Position numbers and translations under genes: made by a program. DNA of 64,000 bases from Amphiscolops sp. MND2022 (Eukaryota): the NCBI GenBank assembly GCA_964187785.1, contig OZ076409.1, forward strand, positions 26,662,001-26,726,000. The letters are read 5' to 3'. The notes under the pieces are model-generated. The model did no database searches. It saw nothing but the letters and a program-made list of their open reading frames with translations, and had not been told where the DNA came from. Every line of letters begins with the position of its first letter. Positions within the stretch are counted from its first letter, which is position 1. Positions 1 to 13,302 of this stretch are shown here, piece after piece.

Positions 1-273
1 GAATTACTTGTGCATATGCATTGCCGTAGCGTTCGTTTTCTGTGAACGTTGATTTTGTTAACGCATTTTTTTTCAATTATGGCCTCAATAAACGAAAAAA
101 TAGAAAGTTGTTTATTGTTGTTGACTGGTGTTTACTTTAAATTGTGCAACGTTCGTCCGAAAATAAGAGCCACCTGTCAATCAAAGCGAAGTGGTTAAAC
201 AACAAGACGGTAGAGTTCAAAGTCTTGTTGTCAAAAGTGTAATTAGTCTGAGACGCATTTGACTAATTAAATT

Positions 274-462
274 GTGGGGTGAAGTGAACGTGGGGTGAAA
301 TGAATGTGGGGTGAAATGAACGTGGGGTGAAATGAACGCGGGTTGAAATGAACGTGGGGTGAAATGATATGGGGTGAATTGATATGGGGTGAAATGATAT
401 GGGGTGAAATGATATGGGGTGAAATGATATGGGGTGAAATGATTTTGGGGTGAAATGAACGC
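274..462. repeat. 15-16 bp minisatellite (TGGGGTGAAATGA-TA/ACG)
   Basis: About 12 tandem units; produces the repetitive FHPIS/HIISP pseudo-ORFs. Confidence 0.95.
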
Positions 463-2112
463 AGACCGGCCGAGTCATGCAACAAATATTGTAACACAAT
501 AATAAACGAAGCACTTAGTAGTTAACTTTGCTCAATTGTCTAATTCTCTCACGAGTTTGAATTACTTTCAGGTGTCATTAAATGGGTCTGGTATTTTGTC
601 CCTGAGGTGTTTTGACTGTCTGACATTTTGACGATATGGCAACTTGTACCCTGATGTTATGTCCGCTTGTGTTTTGTCTTCTGTTATAGCATAAATAACG
701 GGATTTCACAGTACCGAAAAAAAACGAGAAGGGATTTTTTTCGAATGGAGCGCAAAATTTTGAATATCTGCCTTCTCTTTACCAAAACTAAATTCATTTT
801 GTATATAAGATTGAAGAATAATGCAACAGACCTCGGACATGACGTCACAAATCGGATATAGTGCAATATTTTGTTCATATCAGAAAAGACAATTAATACA
901 GTTCAGTTCGCTAGGCCAAATGGTACATTTCAAGATTTTCTAGAAATTTTGAAAATTATTTCGGCCAATTCGTGTGAATTGAAAAAGAAAACGTACAAAA
1001 ACCACTATAATAATAGCGTTTTTATTTCATTGAAGCATCGGATAAAAACCAAAGTGGGCCCTTTTGCCAAAACAAGGACTTTAATTAAATTATCACATGA
1101 AGTCGAAAACCTACATACAGGTTTTAATTCCGAATAATTGAGTTGGAAAATGAAAAGGAGGACTCTTGGAGTCAATGTGATTTTTTGTAGATTTCTATTG
1201 AAATTAAATGAAAAAGAAGAAAAGCCCGAAAAAAAACGACTTCTACAGCCGCGTTTCATTTCATCAAGCATCTACTAAAAGTCAAGCGTATGCTCGTTTT
1301 TTGAAGCTGTTGTGATATTCTTCCCATCTCAAAAATGAGCTACAGTTGAAACGAAAATTTTTGATGATAGTTTTTGTGTTTATAACGCTCAGCTTTCGCG
1401 AGAGACTATAGACACTCCGTATTTTGATTGATTGTTAGAATGTTCAGGGTTGTTGTTTTAAAATCTTTGTAGGTAATGGTTTAAAAAATCGAGAACTTAG
1501 AAATTTACGCATTCTGTTTTTTGGTTCACCTAGTTTTGAGAATCATTCCAATTGCGGAAATTCCGTTTTTTTTGGGACACATAGTAGAATTTTTGAAAGT
1601 TCGAAGCACGTTTAGTTACGTGATATTAGCTCCAGCAGTGGTTTGTTCAGTCATTTTTTAGTCATTCATGTAAAATAGAGCTAATTACAGACTGGGATTC
1701 GAACGGTTTTCTCTGGACTATTTGCAGACTGGTAGTAGAACTGTTTTCTTTGGTTTTCGACTGGAATTAGTGGAAACATTTGGATCTAACGTTCTTCTGT
1801 GTATTAGACCATGCCACTGTTCCGCCAAGCGGACTTATTATTTGTTTATTTAAAGTCAACCATATTAGTTTGCTGCGCAACATCCTCCGGGCCCAAGAAG
1901 ATTTTTTATATTATTATTTTTTGTTTCATCAATTTTTTTAATCGGTTCGGAACGAAAATACCTGATACATATGTTTTAAAGATACATGTCAATTAACTGG
2001 GTTAAAGTACAAGTGCACTACAACCGCTTGCGTCTGCCAGCGGATACCTTGCCGAGTAGGATAGAAGATCTAGCCGCAGCAAATATTGCAGAGCTTTCGA
2101 GTGGGAGCCGGT

Positions 2113-2591
2113 CAAGACGAGGTCTAAAGTCGGCGCTATATTTAAGGGTCAAAAAGCGCAAAACATTCTTTTTTGGAAAAAAAGCTTGAAATTTTGAAAA
2201 TTATTTTTCTTTCGAAAAATGTCGCATAGTGCCAAAAAATGTAAAAGGGGGAACCCTTCTGGATTTATTAACATACATTATGTTGCAAAATATCAAAAAA
2301 CTCGAAGGGGGGCCCTTTTGGGACATTAAAAAAATTTTCGAAAAAAAGCCGCACAGTGCCGAAAAAAATCCAAAAGGGGACCCTTTAGACACGTCCGGTT
2401 TTGTAGGTTTCCTTGAAAAAGTAAAAAATGAAAGGGGGACCCTTTGGACTAAGTTTGCCTTGGCCGGACTTGGCCTTAGGTGGTTTCAGGAATGTTTCCA
2501 AAAAGTGGACCGATCAATGTGAGGTATGTAGTCTGAAGAAAAAAAAGGTCACTGCTATAGTCAGGCATTTTTCCTTAAAATGAAAACGCCG
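2113..2591 (-). mobile_element. Helentron/DINE-1-like non-autonomous element, family A
   Basis: Subterminal inverted repeat AGTCGGCGC / CGCCG; internal sequence shared with other copies. Confidence 0.8.
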
Positions 2592-4214
2592 GAGCAAATA
2601 TTGCACAGCTTTCAAGTGGGAGCCGGTCTTTTAGCTGCGAGGGCTACCTTTCAATAACTAGTCAAATTGCGATACTTTCTAAATTGTTTCTTGTCTTCAA
2701 ACCCTCGTTAGATATCAGACGTAAGCGGGATAATTTACATCCAGGCTCAATTTTCGAAATCTTTGACATGAGATTCTATGCAACTTCGAAGTTTTTTAAC
2801 GGCTTCTGAAAAGTACATGTCAGTGATAATTTTAATTCCATTAGTTCCGAGGCGGTATAAAAAAAGTTAGTTTCAACTTTTTCAGTCTTTTTTCACATTT
2901 GCTTATTAATCCTATTTCATGAGTCCAATTTGGTGCCTCCCCTAATTTGTTTTTTTTTCGACAAATGTTTTCATTGAATGGCCGCTTTAAAACGACTAAC
3001 AATGGTGAACTCAGATTTAGAGTAGCTCGGATCCTACGAAAGCGTGAAGAATATTTTTGCTTGCATGTGAACAGAATTTTCCTAGTGAAAGTGTTGATGA
3101 GAAATTTGAAAGAACAACTAGCACTTCGAGCTCCAACAGTTTGAAATATCCACCAGTAGAAGAATGAATGTTCAATGGTCATGTTCTTCTAAGCAGATGC
3201 CATATTGCAGAGCTGTAGACATTCAAGAGCGAGTGATCAAATTTAAATTAGGTTTTGAACATTCATCGACGGTGTGCCATTTCAGTTGCATCGTAATGAA
3301 TGTGATTCAATGGTATCAGCGCGGAAATTACAACTTCTTTCATGGCGGCTTAGAAATAGGTTCAAATTACTGCACTGGACCTTGAAGTACGAGTTTTTCC
3401 TATTCTCCAAGGCAGTGACATTTTCCATCACATACTAATGCAGATCCTTCAGCTTTGTGGCTTTCTATGAATGACGTCAAATACGAATTAAAACAGCTAC
3501 TAATGTTACTGTTACCTCAAATGAAAAAGATAGAATTTAACAAAGATGTGCAGCAAAAATTGGAAAGACCCAGCAGCACATATGCAAAGACTAGAATAAC
3601 GGATTTAACATTGCCCATAACAGGGAATTGAAAATACAAATTTTGAAAGCTCACTATTTCTTGACGTTCAATGACTGTGGGATAATTCAAACATTACGAT
3701 TACGAAAATTGTGAAATGTTTACGCTTATTTTGCAATATTTCAAGTTTCTGACTCAAAAAGTAAATGACATCTTGAGAAGCTTCGAAAATTCATTTTGAG
3801 TTATTGGTTACGTTTTGACAGAAAAAGTTTTTTCTGGACGCTTGTTGGCAAATATTTTCTGAGACAGAATGAAATTCTAAGTTTTCCGTCTCCTGGGATA
3901 TATATACCGGGTGAACAAAAGACAAAATTTTGCGTTTTCAGCATAGTATTATTTGTAAAAATGTAATGAAAATCTTGAAATTTTTCTGTCCATCGTTTAG
4001 ATTAAAGCTATAATTGCATGTAATTACATCTACAACTAAGGGTGGCTTGAAGCTTCACAAAAGTCTAGACGCCTTTACCCGTCATTTTATTCCAAATTTT
4101 GCTGTGTGAATGTCACTAGCTTCAAAAATTTGCCAATTTGAATGATTGACAGCAGCGTTCAAAACTGTTTTGAAACATTTGTTGATAAATATTTGAAATT
4201 AACAGAGCTCTAAA

Positions 4215-4761
4215 TTTTAGTCGGCATTTTCGAAGAAAATGCACGACTCTCACAGTGGCTAGTTTTTGTTTCGTCAGTTCAACGCGATCGGTACACTTTT
4301 TTGTTCATTTGTTCAACATCATCAACTTGAACTACGGAGTTCAAAACATACTCGAAACGCCAGAACCTCGTCCAAAACAAAATTATCGACGTCCAGAACC
4401 TCGAAAACACAGGATCCCCCTTTTAGTGTTTTTCACTCGAATTTTTTTCGGCACTATGCAACTTTTTTTGAAGTTTTTTGGATTCCACCAAAGTGTCTTC
4501 CCTCCGTTTGTTTCGATATTTTGCAACACAATGGATGTCAAAAAATCCCAAAGGGTAATCCCCTTTTACATTTTTCGGCACTGTGACACTATTCAAAAAC
4601 CTCATTAATTTTTTTTCGGATTTTGTTTAAATCTCCCAAGGGTCCCCTTTAAATTTTTCATATTTTGCAACCAACTGTAGTTTCACAAAGCTCAAAGGGT
4701 CCCCCTTCTACAATTTTGAGCCTTCGATATAGCGCCGACTTTGCCCGTTCTCGGCTTGTTT
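4215..4761 (+). mobile_element. Helentron/DINE-1-like element, family A
   Basis: Starts ttttAGTCGGC, ends GCGCCGACT-ttgcccgttctcggCTTGTT. Confidence 0.85.
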
Positions 4762-5092
4762 TGAGTTACTTTTTTGTTAACCTAGTACTAGGTAACTCCC
4801 AAATAACGGTACATTTTTTGAACTCGAACTGAAGCGCCTATCCTATCTGAGTTATCAATCAAAAAAACGCGAAACGCGTTTTCAAAACGTCATCATTTAA
4901 AAAGTGTGATTTGGAAGAAGATTTCTTGATGTAGGTTCATTGTACCTACAAAATTTGTCTGATCTTGTCCTCAAAACTGATGACAAGTGACAAACCGAAA
5001 CTTAGAAGACGTGTAACATCTTGTTGGCAAATGTTTACTTTGTCAAATTAGCTATATTTTCATGTGTGCCGTTTTTTGCGGTATATAATATT

Positions 5093-5803
5093 AGGATTAC
5101 CAGAAATATCGTCGTCGGAAAATTCGTCGTCAGAAATTTTGTCGTCGGTGACTACGTTCTATAAACCGTAGCATTTTCTCTGATATATTACAAATCGTTT
5201 TATTATTGAATCTTAATAATTTTTGAATCTTGTTAAATATCTTAATACTTATTGATAATTGTGCAATTATTGCTATCATTGACTACTTTTAGTTATGGTT
5301 TTGAGAGAAGTTTCAGATCATGCTTAGAAACCCCCCTCCAGATACACCTTGTTTCTTAGCCAACCAACACGAAGTTGTTTCGACACTTCAAGCAAAAATT
5401 ACCATGATTTTTTGATACCCTTTCTGACAAGAAAGCAAAAATTTACCCCTGGAACAAGCTTAAAGGACTGAAAATATACCATTGCTCAATGAGCGTCTTG
5501 GTGAGTTGATTGAATGCAATTGACTTGTTTGTTCAATTTTGGTGTCAAGATGAAACTTGTTCTGAAGATCTCATTCTAATAATTCATTAATTGAATAATT
5601 CAAAGATATTTTTTCGTGAACGCAGTTAATTCTAATCAATACGACGAATATTCCGACGACGAACTTTCTGGATTTGCTAAAACGACGAAATTTCTGACGA
5701 CGAAAATTCTGGATTTGCGAATACGACGAATTTTCCCAGGACGAAATTTCTGACGACGAAATTTCTTGCGACGAAATTTCTTGCGACGAAATTTCCGGCT
5801 CCC
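5093..5803. mobile_element. Foldback/Mutator-like MITE with inverted 15-bp subterminal arrays
   Basis: gaaatttcgtcgtc-type units at 5101-5148 face gacgacgaaatttc-type units at 5641-5795; aatatta flanks both ends. Confidence 0.65.
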
Positions 5804-6150
5804 AATATTAGACAACCAACAAAAAACGGTACCCATAGTAATTTATCGAATTTGACACCGTAAACATTTAGTAACAAATTCTTAAAATTCTCTTCGTTTC
5901 ATTCAGTCTGAGAACAACATCAGTATCTAGGACAACATCAGACTGACTTGGCAAACACATTGAACCTACAGAAAAAAATTGTCACCCAAAATTGACTTTT
6001 TCGATCACAGTCTCTATGAGACTTGTTTTGCACTTTTTAATTGACATTTCGTTTCAGATAGACACTTCGTTTTGAGTTGCATTTTAAAATTCTGAATTTT
6101 CGATTTCAGCAAAAAATAATGCCTTGACAGGAAGATTGAATAAAAATTAC

Positions 6151-6334
6151 CAAGGGCTCCGCCGATGTTGGAAAGAATATGCTCCCAGCCGTACTGGGGA
6201 GTTTCACGGACCACCTCGTAGGACAGGTCCTCGAAATATATCTCCACCCTGAGGAAGTTCTTCTGAAGGAAGTTGCGCAATTTTTCCTCCGAGTACTCCT
6301 TGTCCAGAAACGTCATTTTCTTGTCCGCTTCTGT
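6151..6334 (-). CDS. DEG/ENaC exon (beta11-beta12 to start of TM2)
   Basis: tttgtag|ACA acceptor, G|gtaatt donor (phase 1). NFLRVEIYFEDLSYEVVRETPQYGWEHILSNIGGALG is the canonical pre-TM2 signature (cf. L-x-D-I-G-G-x-x-G). Confidence 0.95.
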
Positions 6335-6731
6335 CTACAAACAACCAAAAATGTCAACATATGATCATACGTACTAAAGTGGCCATTCGTCTGTAACTTT
6401 CAAGACAGGAATGGATTGACACGTTTGGTTCTAAAGGAAAAAGTATCTTGAAGGTTAATCTCGATTGACTAAATGAACTCCGAAGTGTGAATACAAATGA
6501 ACGAACAATCGACTCACTCTACCTGACATATTATATTTGATAGAAAATAACCACACTAAGTAGTCGATTTTTCAATTTATAGTTTTAGTTTATTTGAAAA
6601 AATCAATGTTCGTAATAAAAGTTGTTTCATGGTTAATTCATTTGAATAAATGAGTAAGATCCCTTTTAAAACTTAGAATCATTGGATGAGCTCCTAATCT
6701 TTTATGTCCGTTTACTACGTAGTAAACTTGC

Positions 6732-6910
6732 TTGTTCATAGGAGGAGTTTTTCTGCAGCTTCTCGTTGAGGTAGCGGGCGTCAATCTTCCTCTGCACGAA
6801 TGGCACCAGCACCTTTTTCACACTCTCCTTCACCAGGAAACTCTCGTCTCCTAGCAATCGACGCAGCAGATGGTACATGTACTTCTCCCCCGGCCACGTA
6901 GACTCCGAAA
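6732..6910 (-). CDS. DEG/ENaC exon (S-x-S-x-W-P motif and knuckle)
   Basis: ttgttcag|TT acceptor (phase 1) gives VSESTWPGEKY; 3' end is either a GC donor CAA|gcaagt (6731) or A|gtttac 4 nt further. Confidence 0.85.
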
Positions 6911-7047
6911 CTGAACAACACAAAACAACTCACATCAAATCTTTTGCGTCTCATTCGTTTAATATCCATGAGTGCATGCATTTTGACGTCACAGTGGTTT
7001 GTCTACCTTAGTCTTGTAGTGAACTACCAGAAGTACCTATATTCACT

Positions 7048-7337
7048 CCCTGATAAAGGCTACAATCGTTACAAGGATCTTGCAAGATCCTTACATTTAT
7101 TACATTCCTTCGAAGATCTCGCAGATCTTGCCAGTAAATGTAATCTTTGCAAGAATATTACAAGGAAATGCAATCCCTGTAAGATCTTCCAAGGAAACAC
7201 CTTCCTTGCAAGATCATGTAAGGAAATCAGTTACTTGCAAGGATCTTGCAAGATGCTTTAAACGAAGCCAAGGAAAATGCATTATCTTGTAAGAACTTGC
7301 AAGATCCTTGCAAGGAAAGCATTGTTCCCAGCTAGGG
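7048..7337. mobile_element. Short, diverged copy of the CTTGCAAG TIR family
   Basis: CCCTG...CTAGGG ends; interior made of gatcttgcaag repeats as at 56729-57540. Confidence 0.75.
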
Positions 7338-7494
7338 ATGTTATGTGCACGGAAACAAACAGACCAGCCCTTAGATCATTCGGCATATGCTGGGAACGTT
7401 TACTGAAAGTTTCCACAGCTTCAACTACTGGCGGGGACCAAGGTTCAATTGATGCATTGGTTCATGGGTCATCTTGGCTTTTCGATTGACTAAC

Positions 7495-7818
7495 CAATTT
7501 TTGAGAAGAGTGTTTCTGTGCAAGCTTGTTGGCATCCGCAGCCGAATCGACTCAGAGTGTAGTCCTGGTACACTTTGTCTCTGCAGGCAGTGACGTCTTT
7601 GTCAACCACGTTGCACAGACTGCGGTTCACGATCATGAGTGACTCGACACAGTTGCACTCGAGCCAGAGACGCTCCTGGATGCAGAGTTTGTTGCAGGCG
7701 AGATATGAGTAGTCGTAGTTGCCGTCCGTCGTCACATTCATCGGCAGCTCGGGGGGCCAGTCGTCTCTACATTGCCCGTAGCGCCCTTTCATACGCGACA
7801 GTTCCTGTTGTCTCACAC
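7495..7818 (-). CDS. DEG/ENaC exon (Cys-rich thumb domain)
   Basis: ctacag|GT acceptor, G|gttagt donor (phase 1/1). RYGQC...YSYLACNKLCIQE...ECNCV...C...C...CGCQQAC thumb cysteine ladder. Confidence 0.93.
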
Positions 7819-8496
7819 CTGTAGGGTGAAAAAAAGAGAAAATTTTCATTCACTGAAAACTTCGAATGTGAAATACAATTTCTACCGTGAAAGTTCGTTA
7901 GGATTTCGGAGGTAGAGTATCCACCTTAGGAGGTAGGATTTTGTTTTGGATAAGTGAAAGTTTTCTGCTCATTAAATTTGAATATCTCAACATTTTTTTT
8001 TCGTGAAATTACAAAGCAAAAGCCCAATTTGTGAAAGCAATTCAAGAAAATTTTAGAAAACCGATAGAACCAAATTTTCAAAAACCATGCTCGAATATTA
8101 GAGTTACTGTTTTATGCTTAATTTCATTCTCGGTGCTTTTAATTAAAAAATGGCAAGGTATGGTTATATCGAAATAAAGATTACACGTTGTTTTGTCATG
8201 AACCATTTGAAAGAATGTTATTCTGTTGTATGCTATTTCAACTGTTGGGACTTCAAGTTCTTCAATTTCAAGGGTCTTCAACTTCAACATGACAAATATG
8301 GAATTCCGAATACACTTATCAATGGCATTGCCCCGTTCCATGATTCACAGACTGCAGCAGTTTGGTACAATATGACTGAAAACTGAATTTGAAGGAAATG
8401 GTGACAGTTTGAAATTAATAACGAAAGGAAATGATTACTTTCACATTGTTTTAGGAATAAAGAGAAGTTATAGGGATTCGAGTCCAGTAGCCCTAC

Positions 8497-8661
8497 CTAT
8501 GCTCGTGTGTATGCCGGGAGTGAGAGTGATACCCAGTTCATCTGGCATAGGGAGCTGTTTCGGGCTCTGGATTGACAACCTGGCACCGACCCGATGAGAG
8601 AGCAGCCCCAGGTAGTTACCAGTATCCAGAAACAGAGTCAATTGCAGTGCGTGTTGAACAC
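8497..8661 (-). CDS. DEG/ENaC exon (palm / beta-ball strands)
   Basis: cccag|GT acceptor, G|gtaggg donor (phase 1/1). GVQHALQLTLFLD...VGARLSIQSPKQLPMPDELGITLTPGIHTSI matches G-x-x-x-G/A-L-x-L-x-L and G-A-R-x-x-I-H...P...G-I-x-L-x-P-G. Confidence 0.93.
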
Positions 8662-9229
8662 CTGGGTAACAGAAGAAATCAAATTCCATCAGTTAGCCAG
8701 GAAAATTGCAAAAATATCATTTAAATCAGCTTTGTTGAATGCTGGCAAAATTATCACTCCCAACTTACTGCAATGACAATGTAACGCATTTGACCAAATA
8801 CTAGTATAACAAGACAAGACGACAAAAGTCGACGCCTTCTCAAGTCTAAAAAAAGCTTGGATATAATATAGGACCCTTTAGTAGAAAAACTTTTGAAAAA
8901 AAAGAAGGTCACCGACTTCGCCGTTTTTCTGCTTAATCTCCCATAACAAGCTATTGTTTTACAATTGCAGCCAAGCGATCAAGCAATGGTCGTCTTGAAG
9001 CGGTGCGTACAAAAAGACTTTCTCAACAGATAAAGATCTGACTGCTCACTTTTGCTTTTGTAAATTAATTTCTGACCGTATTCCATACGGTAAAAAAGAA
9101 TATTTAAATCAAGCAGTTTTTTTTACAAAATTTGCCATGCACCAAATATATATTCAAATTGAAGGATGTCACCCACAGATATCAACTCGCATAAATTTAG
9201 CTTCGTGCGAGATGTATTTGTAGAGATTT

Positions 9230-10400
9230 TTGGACTTTTTGGGAATGAAAAAATTGACCCCATAATGACCCAAAATGACCCCGAATAGACTAAAAATTGT
9301 GAAATTTCCCTATTCTTAACATTTTTGCGCAATTTTTGTCAAAGTTTCAATAGACATCGTGGATTAGAATGTTTGAAACGTCCAACAAGGCCAGATTGCG
9401 TTATTCAGTAGTCTTTTAAAAAGAGATGCATACGGTTTTGTTAAAATGACGAAAAAGACACCATAATGACCCAAAATGACACCAAAAAAGACAAAACGAT
9501 TTTTATCGAAAAAAGGATTTTTTGTCAAATTTTCGATAGACATCGAGGACTAAAATGCTAAAAACGTTCAACAAGGCCAGAAATCGTTAACCAGTAGTCT
9601 TTTACGAAGTGACAAGAGTCGTTTTCTGAATGGAAAGTTCTCAAATTGACACCGAAAATGACACAAAATCCAAAATATTACAAGTTTCAAATGCAATTTT
9701 TTTGTCATTGTTTCAACAGATTTCGTGGATTGGAACTGTTGAAAAGGGTTAACAAGGAGAGTGTTTGTTGTCCAGTGGGATTAGTGGAGAGATAAAAGCT
9801 GTTTTTTCAAATGAATAACCTCACGGATTGACATCGAAAACGGACAACTTCCGAAATTTTTCGAAAATCACCATTTTTATTCATTTTTGTCGAACTTGCG
9901 ATAGACTTCGTGCATTAGATTGTAAAAAGTTTCAAACAATGGAACATTTCGTTGCTTCAGAAGACTTTTGTCACAAGATAAAAAATAATTTGTAACAAAA
10001 AATGCATCAAAATAACTCACAAAATTTCGAAAAGACAAAAAATTTTCAATATTTTGTCAGTGCAATTTCTGAAACATTTCATGAGCTAGAAGTTCTGAAA
10101 CGTTAAAAATTGAACAAAAATCCACGCATTCCTCTTTTTGACAAGAACGTTGCAGCGTTTTTGCTTCAAGAAGACTTCAGATTGACTCCAAATCTCTCGG
10201 AAACTTTCAGCATGTTCACGTTTTTATGCCGCTCGTGTGTACTTTCTGAATTGCTTTGGACTGAGAAGGTTAGGAAACTTTCAACTACGACTGAAATCAA
10301 AAGTCAGTTAGCGTTTTAGAACATATTTGCAGACTTTGGTTGAAAAATGACTCAAATTGACCGCAAAAAGTTGAAGTTTTTGCTGATTATTGACATTTTT
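9230..10400. repeat. Degenerate ~183-bp tandem satellite
   Basis: atagacatcgtggattagaatg-like core recurs at ~9350, 9536, 9716, 9901, 10071, 10248. Confidence 0.75.
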
Positions 10401-10959
10401 AGTAATTTTTCATTTGAGATAAGCAAATTTTGGTGAGATAAAAGCCTCAAAAAACTCCGCAGCTCGCTTTTTAAAGAGGAATTGGAACTTTTCATGGTAG
10501 ATATTCTTCAGAATGTCGCTAAGGTTGTAAAAAACTCAGATCGATACTCAGGTAAATTTTTGACATTTCATGGAGTTTTTTGCAAAATTTTTGAGCGACA
10601 TCCCTTCTTAAAAGGGTGTAAAAAACTCAGCAATTACTGAATCTCGTATTCAGTAGGCGTGTTTGAAAATATAAAAACCTTTTTTATGGAATTGGCGCGT
10701 TTTTGGACACATTAATCCAAGTTTTTGTTCAAACCACAAAAAGGTTTGTAGAAGAAAACATCCATTGACCTGAATGTTGTGACTCGGATACCACTTTTCC
10801 CTAACAACGAAAACAAAAATGCCAGAGTTTTGATTTTTTGGAAGACCTTGAGAAGACCATTTGGCTGCATTGGAAGCTTTTTAGACCTTAGCTAAACTAT
10901 AGAAAAATGTTAACGCTTTTTGGCCCAACCGAGCTGCTCGGAATTAAAAGATATGAAAG

Positions 10960-11423
10960 AACAAGCCAGGAACGGCATAAGTCGACGCCCAGCTCAAGAC
11001 TCGGAAAAAGCAAAGGTACTTTAACTTGTCCAGCAGTTTTTGAAAACATTCCCAGTCCGTCAATGCCAAAAAAACCAAGGCCGGATCCTTTGTGCTTAGA
11101 ATTTTTTTAAAAAAATTCAATTGAAACATCAGAAAACCAAAGAGTGAAACCTGTTGAGGAAGAAAATTCCTCTCAAAAAGCCACAAGAGGACCCTTTGGA
11201 TTTGAAAAACGTTTTTCCACATTCAAAAAATCAGAAAATTAAAGGGGATCCTTGGGACCAATAGGACCACAGATGCGAAAAGAAACACCCAAATTCGTTT
11301 GCAATCCAAAAAAGTAAAACATCCGGCCAGTTTTTTACGGCCACTTCGACCGGATTGAAAAAAATAACACCACAAAAAGCCACTATAGTCGTAGCGTTTG
11401 ATTTCAAAAAGCGCCGACTAAAA
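10960..11423 (-). mobile_element. Helentron/DINE-1-like element, family A
   Basis: aacaagccaggaacggcataagtcgacgcc ... gcgccgactaaaa. Confidence 0.8.
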
Positions 11424-13302
11424 TTAACGAAAAGTTATTATTATGATATATGAAGTATGGATATTATTAAAATCAACATAGCACCCGCAAAGTTAGAATA
11501 AACAAATCTTATTGGCTATTTAAGGCTCAAGGGTTCATTTCGTCGGTCGAGAGCTATTTCTAAAATTTCATTTTTCAAGTTATTTGATTTATTGACTCAT
11601 TTACACTTTTTTTATTTCAAAATAATTTTCACAGAAAAATTTTCTCGAACATTTCTGACTATAACTTTTTTGGAAAATATTTTAAATTGTATTCGTATCA
11701 GCTTGTTTTAAAATGTTAAATTTCATCTTGTTAATGTATTTTCGAAAAAGGCTAAATTCACAGCTCATTCCTTCAAAGATTTAAAAATGACTTTTAACTT
11801 GAAACATATCAGAGGGTTGAGTAAAATCAGGGGAGTTGGTTGAACAAAAAATTTCGCAAAACTCATGAGCAAAAAGAGATCAAAAGTGGAAACACTTGTT
11901 TTGACCCAAATGTGGTTGAAAATAGCCTACTATTTTCATCGCATAATTTTCAAAGAAACATATTTGTAAAAAAGTCGAAATCCAAGAAACTTTTACTTTT
12001 ACCGTTTTTCAAAAATAACCACTTTTTCTGAGAAATTCGATTTTGAGATCTGCCGTAGGTTGCTTTTAATATTGAATATTTCTGAAATGCTAGACTGTCC
12101 GATTTTCATTAATGAAATTGCATGAAAAACCCAATGATTATGGATCAAAGAGATCGGAAATACATCAGATGTAACACTAAAAATTTTTGAGCATTTAGTT
12201 ATAAGTGTGAAATTGAAGCCTAGTTCAGTATTTGAACAAGTGTCTTTTTTGAGGAAAGCATTCGTAATTTTTGATAATGAAAAACGAACAAGAAAAAATT
12301 TTTTCAGGAAAAATTAAAGTACAAAATGGCTGTATTTTGAATGCTACTATTCTGATAACAAAGAGTTCTTTTGAAAGCATGAAGAATAAAAACTGGAAAT
12401 CAAATTGGAGCAATTTTAAACCAATTTACTTTTTGCATAGCCTGCGAGTTCGAGGCGGATTTGAAAAAAAATCACTGAATTCAACTTCAATCTCTTGGCA
12501 GCATATGACAACCATATGGAAGCATACTTTCTTTGGACTGAAGAATTTGAACTGAACTGTGAATCGAACGAGAACGTTGATCGAAACTTGTTGAGAAAGT
12601 TCAACTGACAAGACAAGTTGTCACTTCCTTTTCTGCATGTTAATAAAGTGATTAAAAGTAGTGGTGGTGAATCAATGCCGGGACCTGCCAAAAGACCTAC
12701 CATTGACAGGTACACAAGGGAGGAAGTGTGGAAAAAGTGGAAAAGACAGGGGATCTGTTTGTCCCCTTTTGTGAATGTTTCTTGGGAATGCGAGTTGGCT
12801 ATTTGCGCTATTGAATGTCTTCTGATTACACTTTTGTAACGTCAACTTTTCTTCTTTGTTTTTCAAGTCTTGTCACAAAATGACAAATCGGAAAATAATG
12901 AATTTCAGCTATGAGACATTCATGCGCCTTTCATGATGATGGTACTGCATTCATGAACTCTCTCAGTTGTCATTCAAGATACTTGATTAAGCAGGCAAAA
13001 ATGACTGGACAGTCTTTTACAGATGATTGCAGAGTATTTTACAAAAAAATTAAATATTTCATTCATTCTCAAAATCAAGCTGTTCCCGGAAAAACCATTC
13101 GAAAACGTTCTTAAAAATACAATAACAACTAGGTTTACACTTCCAATATTTTTATCTTTAAAGTGAAAGCTAGTTCATTATATTTGCCTGGTTAACTTCA
13201 ATAAGAACTAACGATTGTTTTCTAAATTACAATTTTGAGACCTCCCTCTGACTCGGGGTCACCTTTTAGGTCATCTGAAAGTATGAGTGTTTGTTCACGC
13301 AC

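Noticed and set aside
263..514. ORFs with FHPIS/HIISP repeats
   Set aside because: Translations of a minisatellite; no splice or domain support.
1995..2113. GC-richer stretch considered as rRNA or ncRNA fragment
   Set aside because: No rRNA or snRNA signature that I can recognise.
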